Shown piece by piece: positions 13,721 to 25,791 of a DNA stretch of 64,000 nucleotides (the first letter of the stretch is position 1; each line of letters opens with the position of its first letter). The stretch is from Mobula hypostoma (taxonomy: Eukaryota). The position numbers and the translations under genes were made by a program. The stretch covers positions 99,820,001 to 99,884,000 of the forward strand of contig NC_086105.1 of the NCBI RefSeq assembly GCF_963921235.1, in the 5' to 3' direction. The notes below the pieces were generated by a model. The model worked only from the letters and a program-made list of their open reading frames with translations. It ran no database searches and had not been told where the DNA came from.

Positions 13721-14399
13721 TACCCATACATTATGACAGGATAAGGAAAACAGGCATCCCTCTTCAAAGGACACTGATGAATCATCTGAATGGTTACAAC
13801 AATGACATATACTTTATCACATTTTTTTTTAATTTACACATTTTTGAGCATAAATTTAAATTGTTAAACTGTAATATTAAGATTTAGATATACCCCTAGA
13901 ATTTGAATAATGTAGCATAAGATTTCTTGAAGGGAAAAAAGCAGCTGAACTCCCAAAATAGCTCAGAAAATTTGATTTGATACTTCCATTTGTAACCTGT
14001 GACTATATTCTGTAATTTGCGCTTTTAGAAAGTAATCCTTGTATAGTTGTAAGCAATTAATTCACTAGGTAAAGAACTGTTTCTAAAAAAAATTATGACT
14101 AAATACTGGCTGAAAAGCCCAAAATATAAGTAAGCTTTCAGAATTAATTATGGCAAATTATACCACCAAACACAATAAGACTGGTGATAAATACCTTCCT
14201 TTTAAGCAATTATTAGTTTATTATTTTGTATTAATCAATATAGACACTAGACAACTCTTGGTGCCTTTCTTTGTGAAAAATAAGAATATCATTATGTTTT
14301 GCATGAGATTCCCTCAAATAATCCAGACTTTCAATTTCATCCATTTCATAAAAAGGTAGACTTAGATTATGTTAAAAATTAAAATTTACAGGAAAAATG

Positions 14400-14840
14400 T
14401 AGCATGGATAAAAGATTAGTTGACTGGCAGAAGCAGAAAGTGGACAAAAAGGGAGCCTTTTCTGATTGGCTGCCAGTGACTAGTGGTATTCTGTCGAGGA
14501 AAGTGTTAGGTCCACTTCTTTTCACATTGTATGTTAATGAATTGGATGAAGGAAATGATGGCTTTGGGACCAAAATTGTGAACAATATGAAGATAGGTGG
14601 AGGGACAGGTAGTGTTGAGGAAGCAGGGAGTCTACAGAAGGAGCTAGACTGGGAGAATGGGCAAAGAAGCGTTAAGTAGAATAAAGCGTAGGGAAGTATA
14701 TGTTCATACAGTTTGGTAGAAGGAATAAAGGCATGAACTTCTTTCAAAACAGGAAGAAAATTTTTTAAAAATCAGAGATGCAAAGGGATTTGGGAGTCTT
14801 TGTGTAGAATTCTCTAAAGGTTAGCTTGCAGGCATGAATA
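14400..14840 (+). mobile_element. Old CR1 RT fragment
   Basis: GAFSDWLPVTSGILSRKVLGPLLFTLYVNELD...MKIGG is a degenerate CR1 RT motif set. Confidence 0.75.
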
Positions 14841-16646
14841 ATGGTGAAATAAGGGAGGGAAAAATGGATATTTATAGAACATCACTATATAAAGGCGATA
14901 GACAGACTGAATGATACAAGTACTACTACTGCTGCTGTCAGCTGAGAAGATGAAGGTGATAGCAGATTATCTGTCTGGAGATGCAAACAAAGAAATGAAG
15001 TGGAAGTGAAAGAAAAATGCTGAAACTATAGGATACAAAACTCTGAAGGGGCAAGCCACTGCAGATGCTGGGAATACAAAATGCTCAGCAAATTAGGCAG
15101 TGTCTGTGGAGGGAACAATCGTTAATACATCAGACTGATAATTTTGTTTAAATGCTTATTATCTGAAAGTGCAGAATTCAATGTCAAATCCTGATATTTT
15201 AGGTATTCCAGCATTTTCCTTTCATGGTTATCTTTTATCTTATACTTCATTTTTCTTTTTGTTCCTGTTTTTATTCAACTCTTTTTTACATCTCTGCCAG
15301 ACATATCTACAGCTAATAATCAGTCACCATTCTGTCTCAGCAATCACCAATACTTGTACCATTCAGTCTCTCTTGGTCTCCATGCTATCACAAAACATCC
15401 AATGGATTAAGACACAGAAACCCTTTTGGGCTTCAAAGCGTTGAACATCCTGGAATGAAAATACAATACTGGAGTTGGAGACTAAGAGCAGAACTGTCTG
15501 GAAACAAAATAGTGGGAAACTTCAATTATACCTTCAAAAACTTGAAATGAACTGAATGCCAGCACATCCCTTTTGTATATTACCTCAGGAAAAGTCTGGC
15601 AACAAGACAGTATTCATTCAGAGACCAGCACATTTAGCAGCTGGAGTCACTAGCAAGAGCACTCTGAATAAAACAAAAATTTAAATTTTCCAATTATGAT
15701 TATTTCCTTCAGAAGTTCCTTTCACTACAAAAATGCACGTGGCAGTATTGGAAGAACCAACAAAAGCACTTTTTTGGGTGTTGGTATCAACCCAAGTGGA
15801 AAAAAAAATCTGATATCTGTCCAACTATACCCTAGCAAACACAAGTCTTGCCCTGAATCCATAACATTTCTCATGGCTCAGCAACACAATGCTTATTTAC
15901 CGATTAAGCAAGAGTGATAGGAAAGGAACTTACCTTACTGGCAATAACAACTGAACTCCCATAATCCACAATATAACTCTTTGGAAATCCTCTTGTTTGT
16001 CACCTGGCTGATGATGTGATGTTTCCCTGCTCCCCTTCCACTCAGGCAGGAATATTTTTGTTTTAAAATCAGTCTATTCACTCATGCTGTATAGCTAAAC
16101 CTGCTGGTTGATTAGAATGAACAAGGGGTAATCCTCCCCAAAAACATCCTTGCGACTATACATGTACTCTACAGATAGGCTTCCCCAACATAAACCAAGT
16201 TCAGTGCAGAATAACAGCTGCTGTTGCACCTCCCATGCAAAGTGAAAAAACACTGCAATACTATTCCATGGAAGAGCATGCTGAAACTTGTAGATCATTA
16301 TACCAAATATCATATTTATATTTTCTTTAGACATGAAGGAGTTGGGGTAGGTGTAGAGGAGGGGAAAAGAGCCCATTTGGCCCATTGGTCTGTCCAGCTC
16401 TCAGAACAATCCGATTAAGCCACTTCCCCCTCTGATCTCCAGTGTCACCTACAGAATTTTTCTGTCATATTTCATGCACAGCAACCTATTAGTATTTATT
16501 ACATATGCAATCGCAAACAAACACTATATTGGAAAAAAATTTGTAACACAAGTAGAACAATGTAAGCTACATACGTCACATATTTACTGTGCCATTCAGC
16601 ATGATCATCAATGCAATTTTAGTGCACTGTCCCCATTCTTTGAATA

Positions 16647-18191
16647 CAGGTGTCCCCCGCTTTTCAAACATTCGCTTTACGAAACCTCACTGTTACGAAA
16701 GACCTACATTAGTTACCTGTTTTCGCTAACAGGTGTTTTCACTGTTACGAAAAAAAGGCAGCGCGTGAAAAAAAGCAGCGCGCCGCGTGCCCCGAGCAGC
16801 CGCTCTCCCACGTATTCAGAACGGCATTCTCGCCGGCACTGCTTAAACACGTGCCTGTGAGCAGCCGTTTGCAAGATGAGTTCTAAGGTATCAGAAAAGC
16901 CTAAAAGAACTCATAAGGGTGTTGCACTTAACGTAAAACTAGACATAATTAAGCGTTTTGATCGTGGTGAACGAAGTAAGGACAAAGTGAGTTTGGCTTG
17001 TGGAAGTTGACGAAGATGATGTTGAAGAGGTTTTGGCATCCCATGACCAAGAACTGATAGATGAAGAGCTGATGCAATTGGAAGAGGTAAGGATAACAAT
17101 CAAAACCAAATGCAGTAGCGAAAGTGAAGTCGCCCAAGAACTGAACGTGAAGAAAGTGCGTGAAATTTTTGCTGCAATGATAAAGTACGACTTTAATTTT
17201 GAAAGGGTACGTCGGTTTAGGGCATATTTGTAAGATGGTTTGAGTGCTTACAAAGAACTGTATGATAGAAAAATGCACGAGGCTAAGCAGTCAAGCATAC
17301 TGTCGTTTTTCAAGCCTTCCACATCAGCCACAGCAGACGACGAACCTCGACCTTCGCCATCGAGGCAGGCAGACATAGAAGAAGATGACCTGCCTGCCCT
17401 GATCGACGATGAGATGACACCCCCGTGTCCCACCAACCCAGTGGTCCCAACCCCTGGGCCGCGGACAGATACCGATTCACGTAGAATGCAGTGATAGCCG
17501 GGAGGCATCCAGCAAATCTTTAAGAAAAAAACCGAAATAAACAAGCTAATTAATTAGGTGCCGCCCGGCACCTAATTAACTAGCTTGTTTATTCCAGCTT
17601 TTTTCTTAAAGATGTGCTGGGTGCTCCCGGCCACCGCTGGACGACTGCATTCTTCGCAGATCAGTAGCGGTTCACTGCCCGGAGGGTGGGGGACACTGCA
17701 CCACCCCAACCTCCGACGACTCAGCCTAACACACCATCATCAGTGTGCTCAGCACTGTCCCAATTCCGGTAAGTGATACTACACTGTACATACATTATTT
17801 CTACCTTATATAGGCTGTGTATTTTTATGTGTTATTTGGTATGATTTGCCAGCTTCATAGCTTAAAGGTTACTGGAGAGCCCTTGCGCCATGTTTCTGCC
17901 GAAAGCGCTTGCATCAGATTTTCGCTACGGAGAACAGTGCAGGCAGTCGTTGTAGAGAAGTATTTCTAATTTATACAGGCTGTGTATTTATCATATCATT
18001 CCTGCTACTATATGTTACTGTTATTTTAGGTTTTATGTGTTATTTGGCTTGATTTGGTAGGTTATTTTTGGGTCTGCGAACGCTCACAAATTTTTCCCAT
18101 ATAAATGGTAATTGCTTCTTCACTTTACGACATTCCGGCTTACGAACCATTTCATAGGAATGCTCTACCTTCGGATGGTGGGGGAAACCTG
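16647..18191 (+). mobile_element. Tigger/pogo (Tc1-mariner) DNA transposon, internally deleted
   Basis: TA TSDs at 16645-46 and 18192-93. TIRs are CAGGTGTCCCCCGC and (reverse complement) CAGGTTTCCCCCAC. A CENP-B-type N-terminus MSSKVSEKPKRTHKGVALNVKLDIIKRFDRGE (about 16875) is joined to the C-terminal EVDEDDVEEVLASHDQELIDEELMQLE; the DDE core is missing. Confidence 0.9.
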
Positions 18192-19797
18192 TACCTAAAT
18201 ATTCAAATATCTATCAATTAGTCATTAATCAGTAACTAGGCCTTCAAAGCCCTCTTACATGAAGAATTCCAAAGATCCACTATCTGGATGAAGGAATTTC
18301 TTCAGATCTATGTCCTGAATGACCCTTTGTGACAACCCAGCTATGAGAAACTATGTCTCTTTATACAGCGTTAAGTCGCATTAGAAACTTATATATGTCA
18401 ATTAGAGCACTTTTCATTCTTCTAAACTCCAGTGTATCTCACCAGTCATCTTATGATTAACCTACCATTTCAGAAATAAACCTTGCTAGCCTATACTTGT
18501 TTTTAAAATGGCAAATTGTCACAGCGAGTACTGCATTGTCACAAGTTCAACATGCAGGGTTTCCTCTGAATGCTCTAGTTCACTCACAAAGACATATGGC
18601 CTGGTCAGTTAATTGTCCACTTCAAGTTGTCCCTTAGTACATAGGCAGTGTTAGAATATCTGGAGAGTTGGTGAGAACGTGAGGAAATATTTTTAAATGG
18701 ATTAATAATAATAATGATAGAGGTTAATCGGTGGTGTAAATTTGGTGACTGAAAAATTTATTTCTCTATAGCAATATACCATTTATTTGCAGGGGAACAA
18801 GACAACTGTAATTTCAATGGGGCCTTAAATAGCTGCAGGAAGGTTGGGCATACTCTTCATTAACCAAGAGTTTATGATGAATGAGGATTAATTTATGTAT
18901 TTGAAATTTATGCTCCATCAAGAAAACAGGTTGAAACCTGTAACTTAAGGAGAATTGTTAGTAAGTAAGTTGACGTGGCCAAGGTTACAAACTCAGCAAA
19001 AGGCTCATATCTAGTTACTTTGATGAACAAGGGTTGTCAGAGGTTACAGCAGGACATCGATAGCAGAACTGGGTTGTGAAGTGGCAGATGGACTTCAACC
19101 CAGACAAGTGTAAAGTGGTTCATTTTGGTAGGTCCAATTTGAAGTCAGAATATAATATGAATGGTAAGACTCTTGGCAGTGTGGAGGATCTGAGAAATCT
19201 TGGAGTCCATGTCCATAGGACACTCAAAACTGCTGCGCAGGTTCACAGTGTTGGCATTAATCAACTGTGGGATTGAGTTCAAGATCTGTGAGGTAATGCT
19301 ACAGCTATACAAGACCTTGGTCAGACTCCACTTGGAAGACTGTGTTCAATTATGGTCACCTCACTACAGGAAGGATGTGGATACTATAGAGAGTGCAGAG
19401 GAGATTTACAAGGATGTTGCCTGGATTGGAGGGCGTACCTTATGAGAATAGGTTGAGTGTACTTGGCCTTTTCTCCTTGGAGTGACAGAGGATGAGAGGT
19501 GACCTGATAGAGCTGTATAAGATGATAATGGGCATTGATCGTGTGGATAGCCAGAGGCTTTTTCCCCAGGGCTGAAATGGCTAACATGAGGGGGCATAGT
19601 TTTAAGGTGCCTGGAAATGGATATCAAGGGGGTGTCAGGGGTAAGTTTTTTTTTTAAACACAGAGAGCTGTAGGTGCATGGAATGCACTATCAGCGGCAG
19701 TGGTGGAAACGGATACAATAGGGATTTTAAGAGCCTCTTAGATAGATATATAGATGTTAGAAAAAATAGAGGGCTATGCCGCAGGGAAATCCTAGAC

Positions 19798-20532
19798 CAG
19801 GGGTCCCCAACCTTTTTTGCACCGCGGACTGGTTTAATATTGACAATAGTCTTGCGGACCGGTGCCGGGGGTGGGGGGGGTGTTCAAGTAGGGTTAAACT
19901 CACCTCAACATGTCTTTTACAGTTAGGGCTGCCAATTTTGTCACTCCCAAATAAGGGACAAAAGTAGCAGTCAAATACGGGACACTTTACCCCAGGGAAG
20001 ACTACTATGACCATGAAGCCTTGCGCAGGCATGTGTCATGCGCATGTGATGTGCGCATGCGCGTACGTGCCAAATTTTCCCCCCACAAGTCGGTTTTGTC
20101 TTTATCTTCCCAACTATACTGTACATACATTATTTCTACTTTATATAGACTGTGTATTTATCATATCATTCCTGCTTTTACTATATGTTAATATTACTTA
20201 TTTTCGGCTTTATGTGTTATTTGGTAGGTTTTTTTTTGGGCCTGGGAACACTCAAAAATTTTTCCCATATAAATTAATGGTAATTGCTTTTTCGCTTCAC
20301 GCCATTTCAGCACAAAAGGTTTCATAGGAACGCTGCACCTTAGCGGGGGAAATACGGGACAAACCAATTTAGCCCAATATATGGGATGTCCCGACAAATA
20401 CGGGACAGTTGGCAACCCTATGTTCAAGTTCAACAATGCGTGACAGGGAATGAGGAAAGGTGCAGCTGACTCATATCGTTTCCTCACGGCCTGGTAGCGC
20501 ATGCTCTGCAGCCCGGTGGTTGGGGACCGCTG
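19798..20532. mobile_element. hAT-Charlie-type composite MITE
   Basis: TIRs CAGGGGTCCCCAACC and (reverse complement) CAGCGGTCCCCAACC. Perfect 8-bp TSD TCCTAGAC at 19790-19797 and 20533-20540. Confidence 0.92.
19889..20420. mobile_element. Nested hAT (Blackjack-like TIR) MITE carrying a Tigger 3' fragment
   Basis: Ends are TAGGGTT and GTTGGCAACCCTA. 8-bp TSD TGTTCAAG at 19881-19888 and 20421-20428. Interior at about 20115-20350 matches the Tigger 3' end at about 17785-18185. Confidence 0.8.
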
Positions 20533-20710
20533 TCCTAGACAGTCTCCAGAGTAGATTACATGGTTGGCACAACATTGTGGGCCGAAGGGCCTGTAATGTG
20601 CTGTAAATTCCTATATTCTATGTTCTCAGCAGGATCCGTGCAAATTGATGTTGAAATGTTAATATTCTTAAAATCGTAAAAAAAAAATCAAGAGGCCAAA
20701 TATTCACATC

Positions 20711-20857
20711 ACTAGACAGGTATATGGAGACTACTAGACAGGCATATGGAGGAATTTAATGTGGGGGGTTATATGGGAGGCAGGATTTGAGGGTCGGTAC
20801 AACATTGTGGGCCGAAGGGCCTGTAATGTGCTCTACTATTCTATGTTCTATGTTCTA
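20711..20857 (+). mobile_element. Short CR1 3' tail fragment
   Basis: actagacaggcatatggaggaatttaa...acaacattgtgggccgaagggcc followed by (ttctatg)n. Same subfamily as 57572-57892. Confidence 0.8.
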
Positions 20858-23800
20858 ATTTCAGTTTTGTTGCACTGTTACAAGACAAAAATATGGAGGA
20901 TAAATAACATAGCAATTACAAGTTTGGAATGAATGTGAAAGGCTACAAATAACTGGTTAGGTTTAAAGTTGCTTTTTTAATAGAAAAATCATGGCTAGCT
21001 ATCTGAAAACTCCATCAGAATGAACAAGAACAGAGTGCTACAATAGATCGCAACTTTATTTAAGTAAACTCAAATTTGTAACTAGAGGTTCAATACAACA
21101 GATGTAAAAAGTAATTTTTCTGGCTGCAAAGGGCATTCAGCCTTCTTACAGCCAAAAGAAATGTAATCACTGTTGTAATATTGGAATCACAACAGTTAAC
21201 TTCTACACAGCAACTTTTCAGGAACAGCTACATGATAAAACATATTAACTGGTTTAGTAATGTTGATGGTGGTTACATTTCTTTGGGTTGTAAGCACTTT
21301 AAATCACCCCAAAATGAAAATGGATATTATAAGCTATCATATGAAAGCTGTATTTAAACTTTACAATGTTATATATTGCAACCAGAGGTTAGGCTGAATA
21401 GACCATTACCTTTCTCCCAAAGAATTTCATATGTGTATTTGCTAACAAAATTAATGACAACTACTTTGACTTTGGCAATTACAAAATTGTACAGTTAACT
21501 CACAGCTGGGCCATGCTCAAATCTCACCTCTCATTGACTGGCCTGATTTTCTTTCCCCATTCTTGAATGCTCAGGAGTTCTTTATTTTGTAGACTACCAT
21601 CCTGATTGAAATCAAACAAGAGTTACATTTAGACCTACACATTTATGATTTGCAACCAAAAAGGATATGAGGACTGAACACAACATCCCACAGATGAACC
21701 AGTTGCTTTTTGTTCTGCTCACCCACCTCAAAAAGTTGCTCAGTCTGCTGAGTTCCTCTACAAACCATTTGTAACTCCAGACTCCAGCATCTGCAATTGC
21801 TAAAGTAACTGTCATCGCCGATAATAACTAACACAAATAACTGAGCCCAAAACATACACACTCTAACGACTCAACCATTTTTAATTTTATTAGTGCACAA
21901 GGAGAACGCATGGGTCCATGTCATAGACAGGGTGTTAAAACTGCAGAGGCTTCACTTGCTTGGCTTAAGTGCACACTGCTGGTCAACCCAGTCATCTCGT
22001 CTGTAGTAAGCAGCAGTGTCTCTGGCAGTCTCACCTCAACTGCCCAAGGTTGTTTTCCTTACCATGACTTCCACACAGTCTCATATCTCCTCTTTATTTT
22101 ATAGTTTGAGATCAATTGAGGCCTGATTATAGAAAACTGTATTACATTACCTTGAACATGGATCATTATAAGGTTATTTAACTGTAGTGTTTAAGTTGAT
22201 TGAAACACAAATAGAATACACATAGAAAAAAGGTGGAAGAAGACTGTTTCAAAGAGGCAACACTGAATGTGAATGATTAGATTAGAGGGCAAGAGACTTT
22301 GCAAAGCTGTGTAATTCATTTCAGAATTATTAACTCAGCAAGAAACTATGAAATCAATAAATTGATTGCATAGATGAATGGAGACAGAGGCCAAAAAGTT
22401 ATGGGAACTGAGTTGACAAATATATTAACCGTTCACCCACAAAAGATTAAACAGACTAGTTGGACTGACTGGTCTATGGTATTGGGATAGATCTGCTGGA
22501 ACCCAGCCTGCCATCCAGGATCAATACTGATGGTCCCACCCATCTACAAACACTTGTGCATTTATAGAGGCTACTCTCACTATCAGGCAGTGACTTCTAG
22601 CCTGCAACTAGGTCCTGGGCAGCTCAATAGAGATAGTATCAAATTGCCCAAACAGAAGGCAAAACTGGTGATGGAGCTTTGGCCCTGCAAAATTTTGAAC
22701 CAAAGTAAACAGCTCTGACTTCAAGAGCCATTACTTACATCAAATTTTAATAAATATTTAGTTTAACAAGAATGTTTATTAAAATACTTACAAACATTTA
22801 GAAATAAAGGAATTACAAATAATAACTTCTCCATCCATACAAATAGGCTCTCCAGTTCTACACCAGGTCTGACCTAACACAGAAGGGAACAGGCAATTTC
22901 CCAAAGTAATATTGGGTAATGTTACCAAAATAAGGTTCTACCAATGAGCTCTATATGGTCAAGTGTTAGAGCACAGTGAGAGATGCTGTAATGTTTATCC
23001 TTTAACAAGTCTTGAACTTCCAATGGGTCCCATTATAAATTTACTTCCACTGTGATGGTTGAACTTCAGGGGCTCCCTTTGGAACTGCCAGCCACAGTAA
23101 GAAAGATTCGGTTTTAATTATATTTCATTACACAGAGCTAGGAAAGATTTTAATAATCCATGTCCCTACTCAAACCTAAGGTTACAGTTGTGGAATATTA
23201 ACACTACCACTGTCTTATTTCAAGCACAAATGCCAAATTTAAAAAAAAACTGTGAAGAATTTGAAAAATACTTTGAATTTATTCTTATTCTAGGTATAAC
23301 AGGGCCGATACACAAAATCAATACACATATACGGTAATGGACTGAAAATCATGCAAGTTAACCAAGGCTTTGGTAAAGACAAAACTGAACAGGATATATA
23401 GGTTATGTACAATGTGGAGATTAGGAACAGTGGACGTGGGACAAAATAATGTTTTGATGGTAATAAAAAGGAGCTCAGCAAAAGGTTGTAAAACATTTGG
23501 TTTGGCATAAATCATGAATATCGAGAGGAGTTCCTTGGATTACAGATGACCTGACTAATGGAAAACCAACTTTTAACAACATATTGTTATTAATAATAAC
23601 TTGAAAATTTGCTTTATACTATTTCGTAATGTTCACTAATGATAAGATACAGTATATATTCTGTTAGTTAATTATAGGTAGTGTGAGGGTGATTATTCAA
23701 TTAAACAAAATTATAGCAAGTGTACATAAAGCAATACAACATGGTCTTCTGTAGAAAACCACATTTCTGATCTGAGGAGAAAATCAGTTTAACAGTTCTC

Positions 23801-24264
23801 CAGAAAGAAACTGTTATGTAAAATGAAGATTTTTATATTTTACAAAGAAAAAGGACCCTTGACCCAGTTAGTCCATGACATTTTAGCTTCATTAAACCAC
23901 CTTTCTTTCCTCACAAAATATATCAACATAATTCCCTATCACCTTCATCTGCCCCTTATATTTTGCTTTAACCACTCCATCTGTTCACAAGATCATTCAC
24001 ATCATTCTTTGGGTAGTTCCTTCTGAATTGAATTTCTTGGGGACCATCTTATTTTGATCTTATTTTCACTATTTTATAGACCTTTATTAGGTCATATCAA
24101 TGAAAAATAGAGTTTTCACATTTCTGCCATCATACTTGCAAACTCACATTGCACCTTTTCCATTTTCTCCATGTCCCTTTTAATATTACAGCACTTCAGA
24201 ACTGCATGAGTACTTCAGCATGGACTAAACAAGATTGAATTCACCATCTGCTCTATTTCAAACA

Positions 24265-25791
24265 AAGTGGATCCTGGTTAATTTGGCCACCAGTTAATCA
24301 GGGTAGCCACTTATTTGGGACAACCTTTAAAGTACAAAAATTAAGAAAATAACCCGGATCCACTTCATTTATTCGAGACACTATGCTGCTTAATTGGGAC
24401 AAAAGACTGCGGCCAAACAGTCTCTAACTAGCATTAGTAGTCCACGTGTGGTCACTAGACACTGCACCATGCTTAGGGGAACAGTTTTAAAATATTGACA
24501 GTTGAGTGTGTTTGCATTCACAAGGCAGTGATTCTTGTTACTGATAGTCTGCAAGAAATAAGCAGTAAGACAATTCAGAACTGTTTTGCACACTGCTGTT
24601 TCAAGCATTCAGGCTTGGAGATGCCAGAAATAGCCAGCAGTGAAAATGAAGATTTCACTACTTGAATTCTTCCAAACTTGTTGAAAAGTATCAACAATCA
24701 TCTTGAATGTTACAATGAAATTGATAGTCCATTATCTGCACTGATTTTGTTCATTTATAGTCATTCAAAAGAACATGGTGGCATACACTGGATGAATTCC
24801 TCTGTCAATAACTATTAGGAATTAATACACTCAGACTCCGCATAATGTTACCCCACATAGCGCTGATTCGTTACCACACGATTATTCAATTCTTTATTGA
24901 ATTTTTTTAAATGACAAAAATTCATTCTAAATAACCCTTAAAACTTCAAGAACGCCCGCCATTACAGTTAATATTCAATCGGTCAATGAGAGCACTTTAC
25001 TTACGCTCAGCAAATCACGTATTAGTTCATGCTTTGCCTCCCCCACGTGTAAATGTTCTTACTCCCTTGCCCAACTTATTCACCCATAACGTCTGGAAAA
25101 TGGCCTGCAACTTCCAATGAGTGCAGTACATCTAAAGAGTTTCGAAAATCGGTAGAGCAACACATCCTGGGTGAATCTGAGGACATGGATAGAGAAGAGG
25201 AAACACAAGCAAGAAACCTCACCACAAAATTCCTCAGCACTAACATCACCACAATCACACAAATCATGGACCAGTTCATCGTTAACGACCCTGACTGGAA
25301 GCGAAGCAAAAGGCAAAGAGAGCTATTATCAACATGATTTCTTGCTATCAAGAACTGTTTCTTCCTCTAAGATGTAACCACCACATGTCTCTCCGTTGCT
25401 GCTGCGATGTGTTGCAGCAGCACTGATGTACAGGTTAGGCCCATTTGAGTTATTGTTCCTCCATGAATTACTGTGTATACATAAAATAATATTCTCAGGT
25501 TTGGTATTTTAAAATCAGACACACATCCATTTACATCACGTTATAATGACCCTGCATAGCGCTGATTTACATAGTATTCCACCTCCGCGGAACATATCCT
25601 CAGCATTAAGCGGGGTCTGAGTGTGCATAGTTTCATAGTACTCTAGTAGATAATTGTCATTCAGTTAAACAGTATTTTGTCTTTTTTATATCTTTTTAAC
25701 TATTTCTATGAAACTTCAGCTATTTGGGGCAACTGCTTAATTGGGCAAAATGTACTGGTCTTGATGTGCCCCAATTAATTGGAATCCATTG
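24265..25791. mobile_element. Tigger-like MITE (outer element)
   Basis: Left end agtggatcctggttaatttggcca; right end ccccaattaattggaatccattg followed by TA. The ends are imperfect inverted repeats. Confidence 0.6.
24828..25623 (+). mobile_element. Tigger/pogo non-autonomous element nested in the MITE above
   Basis: TA then CACTCAGACTCCGCATAATG at the left; cattaagcggggtctgagtg at the right (inverted match). An acidic transposase C-terminal remnant EDMDREEETQARNLTTKFL...FIVNDPDW lies inside. Confidence 0.7.

Larger units (their letters stand above)
19030..20625 (+). mobile_element. CR1 LINE 3' fragment interrupted by a hAT MITE
   Basis: KWQMDFNPDKCKVVHFGRSN and LYKTLVRLHLEDCVQLWSPHYRKD. The 3' UTR resumes at 20541 and ends in an attctatgttct tail. 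Confidence 0.9.

Noticed and set aside
21890-22050. PVYDM peptide resembling the end of UNKL exon 3
   Set aside because: There is a stop two codons upstream and no CCCH motif. I found no UNKL exon 3 in the window.
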